From the IMG/VR virus record IMGVR_UViG_3300006620_000007: 64,000 nt of DNA; one strand, 5' to 3'. The position numbers and the translations under genes were made by a program. Positions within the stretch are counted from its first letter, which is position 1. Each line of letters begins with the position of its first letter. The stretch is from a virus (Duplodnaviria > Caudoviricetes). Of this stretch, positions 40,301 to 48,067 are shown piece by piece. The notes under the pieces are model-generated. The model was not told the origin of the DNA and ran no database searches. It saw only the letters and a list, made by a program, of their open reading frames with translations.

Positions 40301-40990
40301 GTAGTTGTTAATAATATCAACACACTTTGCCTTTGCCGCTTTCTCTGGTAACCTATCGCCGTCAATTTGTGGTAATGCTCCGTCCCAATATGTTGAAGCA
40401 AGATAACGTGCTTGTTCGTTACCGTTATATCTTAAATCGTGTAATAATCCTCCTGGTTGATCTTGTACAGGATTATAAGTGTCACCACCAATAAGGTTGT
40501 AACCCATATCTCTTTCACACTTGTCATCACTGTCGTTTGTGTAACCATACATCACACTCTTTGTACCGTCTGCTAATGCACTTTGGAATGTGTGTGCTAA
40601 TTGATTTGTACTTGTACCTGCGTTAATTGTAATTGTGTTTGCATCTGGAACAGCATCAACTTTAATGACATCAGGAGTATTTGAATGAGGAATTGCTTGT
40701 TGATCAAAAGTAATTGCACCTGTTTCAAACTTAATATAGTCGCCTACTTGATAAGGGTGACCTGTAATAGTAAGTGTCATTACACCTGTTGTAGGTTCGT
40801 AAGTTGCACCTGTTGGTGTATGAACTCCTGCTGTTACTTGTCTTGTAATTGCATCATTAATCCAAGCACGAGTTTCGTCTTTTAAAAACTCAACGTTTTG
40901 TTGGATTAGGTAGTAAGCATTTGGGTGATAGTTTCCACTAATAGGAATTCCTGTATGGAAAATGTAATCATTAATTTTAGTCTTTGCCAT
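34376..40990 (-). CDS. Giant virion structural / tail fibre-baseplate protein (2204 aa)
   Basis: G/T/S-rich repeats, helical KCERD modules, RQSKKYIRYQSGKG region; located in tail cluster. Confidence 0.75.
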   Translation of the reverse strand: MAKTKINDYIFHTGIPISGNYHPNAYYLIQQNVEFLKDETRAWINDAITRQVTAGVHTPTGATYEPTTGVMTLTITGHPYQVGDYIKFETGAITFDQQAIPHSNTPDVIKVDAVPDANTITINAGTSTNQLAHTFQSALADGTKSVMYGYTNDSDDKCERDMGYNLIGGDTYNPVQDQPGGLLHDLRYNGNEQARYLASTYWDGALPQIDGDRLPEKAAKAKCVDIINNYILTNTDYTTKQSPAVTYQYKNDEYVAESTAAAQVQKVLVDTIGTVIVSGLDAMPDFHRAEISRAIFPTKVTQDNLLLITDTTVNQVLFNFSDPGKGAGVRYAYESVEFTPTFFYFQKFLENTDTITQVLFDTDTTNTEFLTGARALITNNKEFIKDEVRAWIVDQVTNAEAGSIWQGYTYNSPKCERDTGYNIDAILKDLRYGGNEHVRDTASKYWVGPTPQIDGTREQEIAAKNFMRDLINNYILTKTVYTTKQTGTPETTQYFLGADSELGAQTRITELTKILTDVITGGLAFLPSEEKVTVWSDTDTLQIFVDQGDLKVRPYDFGTDAIERHRVANALSMLDADFEYGLQPTKWQAIGTMRGYPSTYEVPGTDTNVAGVTTDASSGSSGVGQSLITVTTTAPHGFEEGNPITIRGLAGQVAGNGRAEGTFIINSIVDNTTFTYYAKAKVGITPGTSLVTFYTILRQAAFYTGASIQGDTPTFEVTTQGSSGSFTLPLAAATGADRITFTGAVPALGAPLVAVPGGIPLGSQVTGVTGSGAIIDTPTLTSDVAQGSTTITVADASAVEIGSGLDRGDGTATFVTNVAGNDLTLSEATTRILVGNTVDYVGVQGNNDTSIGNGASFDVTRTNGVYSTVLNASGTDYKVGDRIQIGGQQLGGADGVNDLIILIDTVDTLGEVLTFTESGTGFDGNGTFFGQEGNLSGGLGSDGNFDVVYTNNAYTVSMASPDTSTGYTVGDKIKISGFDLGGADTTNDCIMTVTAIGAGGSITSVSATGTAVDADVSYSNPAMTSTTVNGVDASFNVQRIGTVYTVTLTNAGSGYLAAENFTILGSELGGVDGVNNLTITISTVDVNGAITGTSISGTAVNTKSYPNVTNIQRVVGNGVQFQIGLASGNYTVTIDNAGFNYGVDQEIVINGTNLSGASPTNDLTITVTSVDSGGGITGVSFTGTGATGSGSVTAIQGNNQENSGSGAIFTVTRSGGAYSLVVATDDGSSYEVGNRIVIPGDQLGGATPTNDLTLRCTQESTEGDFVGINVSGTAVSGEVLNTYSAVTMSEETTAPIAGSSVVTYSALASIRITFQTPHGLVPGNSFAVTTTSSDGVNNHELAAGPFSATAVPSLTQLEYQCRSPGNIDTGTNNDEPIIGNVYPRPDSFFIHRPYDGGVQLGTGGPQHGSQAIRQSKKYIRYQSGKGIMYTTGALFAPSYNILNITSAGTAQGSIITVTTDETEHGLQIGGVIRIIGVKTVGYNGTYTVTDINDENTFEIVANGALGSTTPELTSECQVSVNKFHGATVRSGAFDDQNGIFFEYDGTQFSAVQRTATLQLAGTVDINVDSNTCTGTNTRFREQLKAGDRIVLKGMTHVVSQVVNNTTMYLTPDFRGVTDVRASKICLVKDKKTEQKDFNRDRMDGTGPSGYNLDISKMQMVGIQYSWYGAGFIDYMLRGADGNFVFCHRMRNSNVNTEAFMRTGNMPVRYEITNEGPSGKLASDITDSQQTIPLQDASFFPPEGGIVYIDAEMIRFTGVDGKNLTGCTRQSPMTNFASGATRTYTGGAATAHDRNTGVVLISNTISPNISHWGSAFITDGGFDSDRGYLFSYKATGVSISTTRYTSFLIRLAPSVSNALVGDLGERELLNRAQLLLEGLEVTTDQPASSDTGGIVIEGVLNPQNYPLNPNDIGWAGISGVAQGGQPSFAQIAPGGSVNWSSDTQETTTAVTVEDEQTATFLSSTIYNNRSNRNYIFIARSNNGPSPNIDDAFDNPSDILGAPISGTSIPANSTVTQVYAPSGSQYGYIRISNNTNANINRNATTFTVSNQGDAFVNSNFLYLDATSLNSAGVTPGTEVASTDTNWPSGTQVTSITEERFGSSGTTYYKVNFSQSANTTINAAGTITFIFRNPPYAQPGETIFSFIAQPGERSTLDLAFIKELTNTTLGGRGTFPNGPDVLAINVYKTSGAAITGNVILRWSEAQA
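37170..38435 (-). repeat. Five tandem ~75-aa beta-rich protein repeats
   Basis: Consensus F.V......Y.V.....G..Y.VG..I.I.G..LGG....NDL.I.V..VD..G repeated five times; boundaries approximate. Confidence 0.7.
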
Positions 40991-40995
40991 TTACG

Positions 40996-42027
40996 TTAAA
41001 CTCCTAATGCAATAGCCAACGCTGTTGCTGTACTATCTACGTATGCTTTATTTGTCAATTCTTTTTCAGTCACCGGTCTTTGTTGTCCTATTGCTTTTGT
41101 GAACGTTGCGTCCGCAGGAGTTACATTTCCTATTACAGTACTATTTAACCCATTTGAGGCATTCAACGCTAAGAACGAACCATCTCTTGCAGTAGTTTGT
41201 CCTATCGACATGTTATTTATTGATCCTGCACTACCTGTGTTTAGTGTTAATACTCCTGTTCCGCTTGGGCTAATTGTAACATTTTTATCCTCTGGACTTA
41301 ATGTTACTGTATCTGTAGCACTTAGAGTCAATGCATTTACATACATATTGCTCATTGTACCTTGTCCTACAGGATTAATCAATACTGAACTATATGCACC
41401 CTGTGGAGCAATCTGAATTTCTGCATCTTGTCCTGTAAATGTAACGTCACCGATAACATTCAAACTACTAAATGCACCAACACCTGTAATAGTTGGATCT
41501 GCTGTAGTTATTGTTCCGTAAATAGTACCATCACCAGTAGCATAATACAGCGTATCTGGTGCAAGTGCTGGAACCTTAAATGTTACAATACCATTGTTTT
41601 TACCTTGTGCCGCTACACCTTCTAATGTACCTAATACTGCATCTTCGTATGTTAGTCCCTCGCTATAAAATATAACAGGAAGACCGTTAATAGTTGTTGA
41701 TGAAAGTCCGGCTGGATCAGCATAAAAAATATTAAAAGTTAAGAAAGGAAAGTTTGCTAAACTAAAAGAATACTCTGCTCCTCTTACTAAACTAAATGTA
41801 GGATTTTCTTGTTGAATCTGTGTACCAGTTGAGTATGTTGTATTCTCAATAAATGCAGATGAATTTGCTTCACCTTGTTGTCTCATGTAGAATCTATTAT
41901 CAACGATTGCTTCTTCAACAACAGAATATGTTAGACTTTTAAGTGTAACGTTACCTTCAGCATCAACACTAAATCCAGGACTCTTAAATCCGTGTTCTGC
42001 TTCGAACGGTATGTAGTTTACAGCCAT
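40996..42027 (-). CDS. Virion structural / fibre-associated protein
   Basis: Degenerate cupredoxin-like module (LVRGAEYSF...VPALAPDTLYY), GSINNMSIG repeats, C-terminal TNKAYVD...ALAIALG fibre motif. Confidence 0.6.
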   Translation of the reverse strand: MAVNYIPFEAEHGFKSPGFSVDAEGNVTLKSLTYSVVEEAIVDNRFYMRQQGEANSSAFIENTTYSTGTQIQQENPTFSLVRGAEYSFSLANFPFLTFNIFYADPAGLSSTTINGLPVIFYSEGLTYEDAVLGTLEGVAAQGKNNGIVTFKVPALAPDTLYYATGDGTIYGTITTADPTITGVGAFSSLNVIGDVTFTGQDAEIQIAPQGAYSSVLINPVGQGTMSNMYVNALTLSATDTVTLSPEDKNVTISPSGTGVLTLNTGSAGSINNMSIGQTTARDGSFLALNASNGLNSTVIGNVTPADATFTKAIGQQRPVTEKELTNKAYVDSTATALAIALGV

Positions 42028-42042
42028 ACTATATGCTCCTCA

Positions 42043-42462
42043 TTATGCAGGTACCAATACGTTTTGTGTTTGATAATAGTTTGCACTGAATACGCATTTT
42101 GCACCACGTCCTGGTGCTGAATCATCTAATGGTTTTGCGTTAACAATAACGTTTACATAACTGTCATTAACTGTAGCAGTTACATCAAGAATTTGATTTC
42201 CTAAGTTACTACGTCCATATACAACTAATTCTGCTGTGCTTGGACCAGCAACTACTAAACACTTAACAATCTCTTTTTGAAATGTGCTATGATCAGCAAC
42301 GATAGTGTATTCTGCCGCACAAAAATCACCTACAAGCCATCTATCAAGCAGTGTATCTTCTGTGATTTTCTTCCATGGTCCGTGATAACTTAAATTAGTA
42401 CCGTTTTTCATTAGTACTGTGTTCTTTAAGCCTTTACCGAAAAATTTACCAATATCAAACAT
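42043..42462 (-). CDS. Small beta-rich virion protein
   Basis: 139 aa; late box and SD upstream; AAEYTI...LVVYG pattern. Confidence 0.5.
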   Translation of the reverse strand: MFDIGKFFGKGLKNTVLMKNGTNLSYHGPWKKITEDTLLDRWLVGDFCAAEYTIVADHSTFQKEIVKCLVVAGPSTAELVVYGRSNLGNQILDVTATVNDSYVNVIVNAKPLDDSAPGRGAKCVFSANYYQTQNVLVPA

Positions 42463-42499
42463 AATAGTCCTCTTTAGTATATTTATCGCTTAAGAAGAT

Positions 42500-44314
42500 T
42501 TAATTTTTGACTGTAATAAGTTTAGAATATTCGGGCAAATATAGGTATTCTACGTCGGATTTAGCAAGTGTACGTACAGCATCATCCAGTGTTTCAACTA
42601 AAGGTTCACCACCTAAATTAAAACTTGTGTTAAACACCATAGGAACACCTGTTTTTTCTTTAAATGCTTTAATTAAATTATAGTAGTTTTTGTTCTGCTT
42701 TTCGTTCACCGTTTGTATACGGCAAGTTCCGTCTACGTGTATAATAGCAGGAATCTTTTGTTCAATGCCCGGTTGACAATTTACAGCATACATCATTGTA
42801 GGCGAACTTTTCATACCACGTAAGTCAAACCATTCATGTACATCTTCTTCAAGAATAGTTCCAGCAAATGGTCTGAAATATTCTCTGCGTTTTACTTTGT
42901 TTACATGATCCTTACCATCTGGATCTGTTGGATCATATAGGAAACTTCTGTTACCTAAAGCACGTGGCCCGTTCTCACTTTGACCTTGGAATACAGCAAC
43001 AATGTTTTTATCAGAAATTAAATCAACGATATATCCATCTGAAGTATCAAATACTTCTGCTTCATGGTTCTTTGCTATGTTGTTAATTTGTTCATCAGTG
43101 TAATTGTATTGTGGTCCGTTGTATAATGTATCAACTGCTTCGTGTCTACTGCTGTCATTTGTAATAAGTCTATGCTGAATCATTGCCGCACCCATTGCCG
43201 TACCAGCGTCATTACTAACAGGCTCAACATATAAATTAATGCCTTCGTCTTTTAGTTCTTCTAAGTACCAATAATTTGCAACACAGTTTAATCCATAACC
43301 ACCACTAAGAACAATATTCTTATTCCCAGTCATCTTCACTGCTTTTCTAATTAAGTCAGCAACTTGTTTTTGCGTTTGTGTTTGCACAGCATACGCCATA
43401 TCTCTTCTGTTGTCTAATTTTGTAACATCTTCTTCTTGACCTTCACGATCTCTTGTTTCTTCAATAAAGTTTTTATTAACATAAGCACCATTAGGGTATG
43501 TTGGAATAATTACATTTCTATTTGATAACGGATTTGTTAAATCTTCTGTAAACAATTTAGGAATATTATTGTTTTCTTTACCATATGGAAATAGTCCCAT
43601 AGTCTTACCTGCTTCAATAAAACTAAAGCCACAGTATTCGGTTACTGCTTCATATGTTTTTACAATACCTGCTGTTTCACTAATAACAATTTCGGGTATA
43701 GTTCCGTCACCTTCACCGAAAAAGTCTGCGTTAAATTTTGGATATTCAGCACCAACAAGTGGACCATAAGTACCTAAATGTTTGTACACTGTTTTAATAG
43801 TTGCAGGATATTCACAAGTATAAATGCTTTCTGTTTCCCAAAGTGTAGTTGGATTGTTAGGATCACCGCCCATGTTTGCAGTAAAGAAAGTTCCAGCACC
43901 ATCTACGATAACTGCTGTTGCAGTTTCAAAACCTGAATTATAAAAACTTAATCCAGCATGTAGTTTGTGATGAAAATAACTTAGGTCAATTACTTGTGGG
44001 TGTTTAGGAAGTAACTTAGGATTTCTATCAATAAGTCCTAATTTACGTGCAATACCTGTGTAAACATCGTCGCCTGTAAAGTCAACTTGACCTGCTGTTG
44101 CTTCTAAACTTTGTGTATGTGCAATACAAAGATAATCTAACTTGTCAGTATAATCAAGTATTTTCATCATAGATGCATACGGACCTCCGTCATACTTGTG
44201 TCTACTTAAACGTTCTTCTTCAATAGAAAATACTACTTCTCCATCTTTAAGTAAACATACTCCTCCGTTATGTCCTCTGGCTATTCCTGCTATCCACAAT
44301 GTTGGTTTTTTCAT
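42500..44314 (-). CDS. O-carbamoyltransferase (NodU/CmcH/TobZ family)
   Basis: GHNGG, IEEERLSR.K, HH..HA, IVDGAG, GKTMGL.PYG, SGG..LNCVAN, DAGTAMG, E.GPRALGNRS, RE.FRPFA, HVDGTCRIQTV, NTSFN..GEP. Confidence 0.96.
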   Translation of the reverse strand: MKKPTLWIAGIARGHNGGVCLLKDGEVVFSIEEERLSRHKYDGGPYASMMKILDYTDKLDYLCIAHTQSLEATAGQVDFTGDDVYTGIARKLGLIDRNPKLLPKHPQVIDLSYFHHKLHAGLSFYNSGFETATAVIVDGAGTFFTANMGGDPNNPTTLWETESIYTCEYPATIKTVYKHLGTYGPLVGAEYPKFNADFFGEGDGTIPEIVISETAGIVKTYEAVTEYCGFSFIEAGKTMGLFPYGKENNNIPKLFTEDLTNPLSNRNVIIPTYPNGAYVNKNFIEETRDREGQEEDVTKLDNRRDMAYAVQTQTQKQVADLIRKAVKMTGNKNIVLSGGYGLNCVANYWYLEELKDEGINLYVEPVSNDAGTAMGAAMIQHRLITNDSSRHEAVDTLYNGPQYNYTDEQINNIAKNHEAEVFDTSDGYIVDLISDKNIVAVFQGQSENGPRALGNRSFLYDPTDPDGKDHVNKVKRREYFRPFAGTILEEDVHEWFDLRGMKSSPTMMYAVNCQPGIEQKIPAIIHVDGTCRIQTVNEKQNKNYYNLIKAFKEKTGVPMVFNTSFNLGGEPLVETLDDAVRTLAKSDVEYLYLPEYSKLITVKN

Positions 44315-44315
44315 A

Positions 44316-45248
44316 TTAAAATCCTACGTATCCTATGTGATTATAATCAACTACCTCTTTTAAAATTGCTTCTTCGAAACTTAAAAGGTCGCGATTTTCA
44401 TCTTTTAGTTTATCTAATAGTTCAACTGTACTATGTTGTTTATCGTTATTTTTGCTTTTAAGACCCAAACTTGGACGAACTACTTCGTTCAAATAATCAT
44501 AATGTTGCCAATGACTTGGGTGTGGTTCCATCCAATCTTCATTTGTATTTGGGTCGTAAAAATCATAATGTTTTTCTTTACGTTTCCAAGCAAACAAACC
44601 TAAAGGTTCTAACCAATTTGTTTTGTCTATGTTTTCGTAAACTTTTAATTCAGGTCTTTCTTTATATACATCAACAGTATCAGTTGGTGTTTCTCCAAAG
44701 TCATTTATGTTTGGCATGTCTGTACCTAACTTATTCATGTGTCCAATGCTTGTCATACGCCATGTACAACCTGTGCTTTCTAATAATCCTTGTGTAAGTA
44801 TTATTGCATTTTGTCCATGCATATAATAACTATGTTCGTCCCAGAATGTATTAATCCAGTTGTCATCATAGCAAACTTCTCTATTCATGTAATTAAAAAT
44901 ACTGCCTTTAGTTTTCCAACCTATTTCATCAGTGTTTCTAATTGCATCTCCACGTTTACCTTTAAACTCTACAGTTCTAAAAGTATGCCAGTCGTTACGT
45001 GTATGTGTACTCCATTGTACAATTACTGTATCGTCTTTTGTGAGATTATTTTTTACGTGGCATTCTGCAACACGTTCTGCAATAGCACGATTGCCTAAAC
45101 CAGGAAAGCCCCAGTTCTCATAATGATCGAATTCGTAACCTAAGAAATCAGCATACGTTGGCCACGCATACATAGTAAAACTACAACCAAATACAAATAG
45201 TCTATTCTTTTTGCTCTGGTGCTTCTGGGATTTCAACTCTTGTTCCAT
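44316..45248 (-). CDS. SGNH/GDSL-like hydrolase or acyltransferase
   Basis: FVFGCSFT (block I Ser), G.PGLGN (block II), IVQWS, C-terminal PHPS..QH. Confidence 0.55.
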   Translation of the reverse strand: MEQELKSQKHQSKKNRLFVFGCSFTMYAWPTYADFLGYEFDHYENWGFPGLGNRAIAERVAECHVKNNLTKDDTVIVQWSTHTRNDWHTFRTVEFKGKRGDAIRNTDEIGWKTKGSIFNYMNREVCYDDNWINTFWDEHSYYMHGQNAIILTQGLLESTGCTWRMTSIGHMNKLGTDMPNINDFGETPTDTVDVYKERPELKVYENIDKTNWLEPLGLFAWKRKEKHYDFYDPNTNEDWMEPHPSHWQHYDYLNEVVRPSLGLKSKNNDKQHSTVELLDKLKDENRDLLSFEEAILKEVVDYNHIGYVGF

Positions 45249-46185
45249 CTTTAACCATACTGTTCACTGACTTAACAACTAAATCTTCTATAGTGTCATT
45301 CATTGCCATGATACCTTCATTAGTTCTGTCAGACCATTCATCTATTGTAATTCTAATAGGACTATAAACTCTTGCCCCTTCGCCCATGTCAAGGATGTCA
45401 AACTTAGGATTTTCAGGATAAGAAATATTTTCTTTGAATGTTGATCCAACAACAATAGTTGCTGAACAATCTAAAGCATTAACAATATGTCCGCCTACAC
45501 TATCACAACCTAAGAAGTGATCTGCGGCTTGAATAATTCCACACCAGAATCTTAAATCAATGTTTTGTGGAATAGCAACAGGTGCTTTTACACCATGCTT
45601 TTGGAACTCAATAGCAATTTCACTCATAAAGATTACACCAAAGTCTTTAGAAAGTTTTTTTACAATGTTTACTACGTTCTCTGGGTCAAAACTTCTTCCG
45701 CTTGGATCGCCAATCATTCCATTTTCGTTAACTGTTCCTCTACCAAATGGTTGGAACACAACTACTTTATCTTTTTTAGTTTTTTCTTTTACTTCTTGGA
45801 TTAACTTAACACCTGACATTGCTTCTTGTTGGCTAAGTTTAATTGTAGGTCTTGGTAAATCTCTTACACCTTTATTATTAATTTCAATGTCATAACACTG
45901 TCCTAAAGACGCTTTCTGATTATAATATTCCCATACTCTATATGGTTCAGGTGTTTTTAATTCACGGTCAATTAACTTATCTTCGAATAAGTTTTTGTGA
46001 AATACATCGTATGCTTTTTTGTGTAGTACAGGGTGTCCTTTATAAAAGTCCATTCCGCCTTCGCACACGATAATAAAATCGTCATCTGGGTTTTCTTTAT
46101 GATAGAGTTCTAAAGCAGGAATACTTGTAATAACTCTGCCTGCTCCACCGTTAATAAAAAATGCTGTGTTTCGTTTTGTTGACAT
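45202..46185 (-). CDS. GT9-like glycosyltransferase (heptosyltransferase-like)
   Basis: N-terminal INGGAGRVI.SIPAL; VVFQPFG; LR.W.GII..ADHFLGCDS...HI..AL, matching the GT9 G.DSG..H.A motif. Confidence 0.7.
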   Translation of the reverse strand: MSTKRNTAFFINGGAGRVITSIPALELYHKENPDDDFIIVCEGGMDFYKGHPVLHKKAYDVFHKNLFEDKLIDRELKTPEPYRVWEYYNQKASLGQCYDIEINNKGVRDLPRPTIKLSQQEAMSGVKLIQEVKEKTKKDKVVVFQPFGRGTVNENGMIGDPSGRSFDPENVVNIVKKLSKDFGVIFMSEIAIEFQKHGVKAPVAIPQNIDLRFWCGIIQAADHFLGCDSVGGHIVNALDCSATIVVGSTFKENISYPENPKFDILDMGEGARVYSPIRITIDEWSDRTNEGIMAMNDTIEDLVVKSVNSMVKDGTRVEIPEAPEQKE

Positions 46186-46215
46186 TATATTTTATAGTTC
46201 CTTTTATGCAATTAC

Positions 46216-47049
46216 TTATTGTGTAGTTGGTTTTGTTTCGTCATTCGTGACATAGTCCCAAAAGAAATGTTGTTGTCCTGTGCGTGGCACTTGTACTACC
46301 CATTCACCGTCAACTAATACTCCACTTGGACTACTTGTTGGTAAGTCTTCTCTTTCACCAAACTTATCACAGCAACTATCGACAGTAATAATAGGAATAC
46401 CATATTGTGAACTCATCATACGTAGGTGTACGTCATGCCATTCCATCCATAAACTGTCTTGACTGTTTCCTCTATCTCCATTTGTAGCATGTAATATAAC
46501 TTCTACTTGATGTATACTTGCCATTAATGGTAGACTTGGTGCGTTAAATCTAAATCCATTACCCCAAAAATCATTACATATCATTCCGCATGTTCTTACA
46601 CCGTCAAGATAATGTGTTTTAGTTGTTCCTGGTGGATCTGCTAATACTTGGTCCCAACTATGATGTGGACTATCTTCTCCACCAACGATATATTGTTTGT
46701 TAGTTGCTCCAAGTAATTCGCCTTGTTTATCGTAATATCTAATTTGATTTTTTCTAATACTTCCTCTATGCTCGACATCAACCCATAATGTACCAAGTGC
46801 AATACCCATTCCTTTTGAGTTTGCATGTGTAATTACTTTGTATGCAGATTTGGCTAAATCAGGCATACCATTTTCTAATACTAAATCAAAGTTTGGAAAA
46901 TAACCTGATAGCGAACCTTCAGGTGTTAGTAACCAGTCGCAGTTATTTTCTGCGGCCCAGTCAATTGCCTTAATGATACTTGCTTCATTCTTTTCAAGAT
47001 TCTGTGTTACAGGTATTTGAGCACCCGCAAATCTAACTGTATTACTCAT
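46216..47049 (-). CDS. Carbon-nitrogen hydrolase (nitrilase superfamily)
   Basis: Glu-Lys-Cys triad: LTPEGSLSGY, TNKQ, GMICND; SPSGV. Confidence 0.85.
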   Translation of the reverse strand: MSNTVRFAGAQIPVTQNLEKNEASIIKAIDWAAENNCDWLLTPEGSLSGYFPNFDLVLENGMPDLAKSAYKVITHANSKGMGIALGTLWVDVEHRGSIRKNQIRYYDKQGELLGATNKQYIVGGEDSPHHSWDQVLADPPGTTKTHYLDGVRTCGMICNDFWGNGFRFNAPSLPLMASIHQVEVILHATNGDRGNSQDSLWMEWHDVHLRMMSSQYGIPIITVDSCCDKFGEREDLPTSSPSGVLVDGEWVVQVPRTGQQHFFWDYVTNDETKPTTQ

Positions 47050-47054
47050 ACAAT

Positions 47055-47060
47055 TATTTA
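47055..47060 (-). promoter_or_regulatory. T4-late-like promoter TAAATA, 5 nt before ATG of the nitrilase-GT9-SGNH-carbamoyltransferase operon
   Basis: Minus strand CG-TAAATA-ATTGT-ATG. Confidence 0.7.
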
Positions 47061-47094
47061 CGTATTGGGTATAGTGTTTAGTGTGAGATTTGGC

Positions 47095-48054
47095 TTATGC
47101 AGTACCGCATGGCGAACGTGGAACATCTACTTTCCAAGCCGCATAACGTTGGCATTTGTGAACTTTAAATGTAGCACCTGTACCAGCATCAGCACCGCCG
47201 TCTACTGCTTCGTACGTGAATGTAGCACCAGCAAATTCTTTTGCCGCTCTTCCTTCTACAATATCTTGACCATCGTTGATTGCTTGGTTACTACTTAAAG
47301 TTAAAGCAGTAATAGCACCACTGTTAACTGTTTTTACTGTAGCAATAAGATGATCAGCAATGATAAAATTGTCTAAGTCTGCTTTTGCAAATTTAATTTT
47401 GTCACCTACTTCGTAATTAGAACCGCCAGCAGTAATATCAACAGCAAAACTATCTCCAAAACTTACTGGAATATCTCTTAATGCTTGTCTATATGTTGCC
47501 CATTCTGCTTTAATTCCTGCAGGCATATCTGAAGTTGTTTTATCGTCTGACCAACCTAACAAAGATGTTCTGTGTCTACGTAAGTGAGCCCAAGTAATGT
47601 GTGGTTTTTTCCAAGGATAGTGTGAAGTACCACCTTTAATTGAACTTGCAACTTTAATAAATTCATCGTTGTTGTTACATTCGATATCAAATTTTTCGTA
47701 TGTGTGATGTGGATCTGGATCAACGTATGTAACATACTCTACACCATTTGGCAATGTTTCTGTAATAGTTTCGTGTTCATCTTCTTCAACATCTGCTTCC
47801 ATTAGTGAACAAATAATTGGATACTCTCTACAATCTACTAAAACTTTTCTTAGGTTTACAGGTGCATTGAAGTCCATTCCATCTTCTTCTTCCATGTATC
47901 CTGCAGGTGCAATCTTGTTTGTTGCTTTATCAATGAACACCCACATAGTCTCAGGACCTTCGTAAGTGTGTGTACCTTGTAACTGTTCGTTATCAAACTG
48001 ACCCAGGTATTCATCTGGTTTAGGATAGTTAAATGTGTGTCTAATATTTGCCAT
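47095..48054 (-). CDS. Tail fibre assembly chaperone-like protein with inserted fibre repeat
   Basis: W..LR..R..LL..SD......P.....W..YRQALRDIP chaperone motif; paralog of 49548-50252. Confidence 0.7.
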   Translation of the reverse strand: MANIRHTFNYPKPDEYLGQFDNEQLQGTHTYEGPETMWVFIDKATNKIAPAGYMEEEDGMDFNAPVNLRKVLVDCREYPIICSLMEADVEEDEHETITETLPNGVEYVTYVDPDPHHTYEKFDIECNNNDEFIKVASSIKGGTSHYPWKKPHITWAHLRRHRTSLLGWSDDKTTSDMPAGIKAEWATYRQALRDIPVSFGDSFAVDITAGGSNYEVGDKIKFAKADLDNFIIADHLIATVKTVNSGAITALTLSSNQAINDGQDIVEGRAAKEFAGATFTYEAVDGGADAGTGATFKVHKCQRYAAWKVDVPRSPCGTA

Positions 48055-48067
48055 GTTTTTTTCCTTA

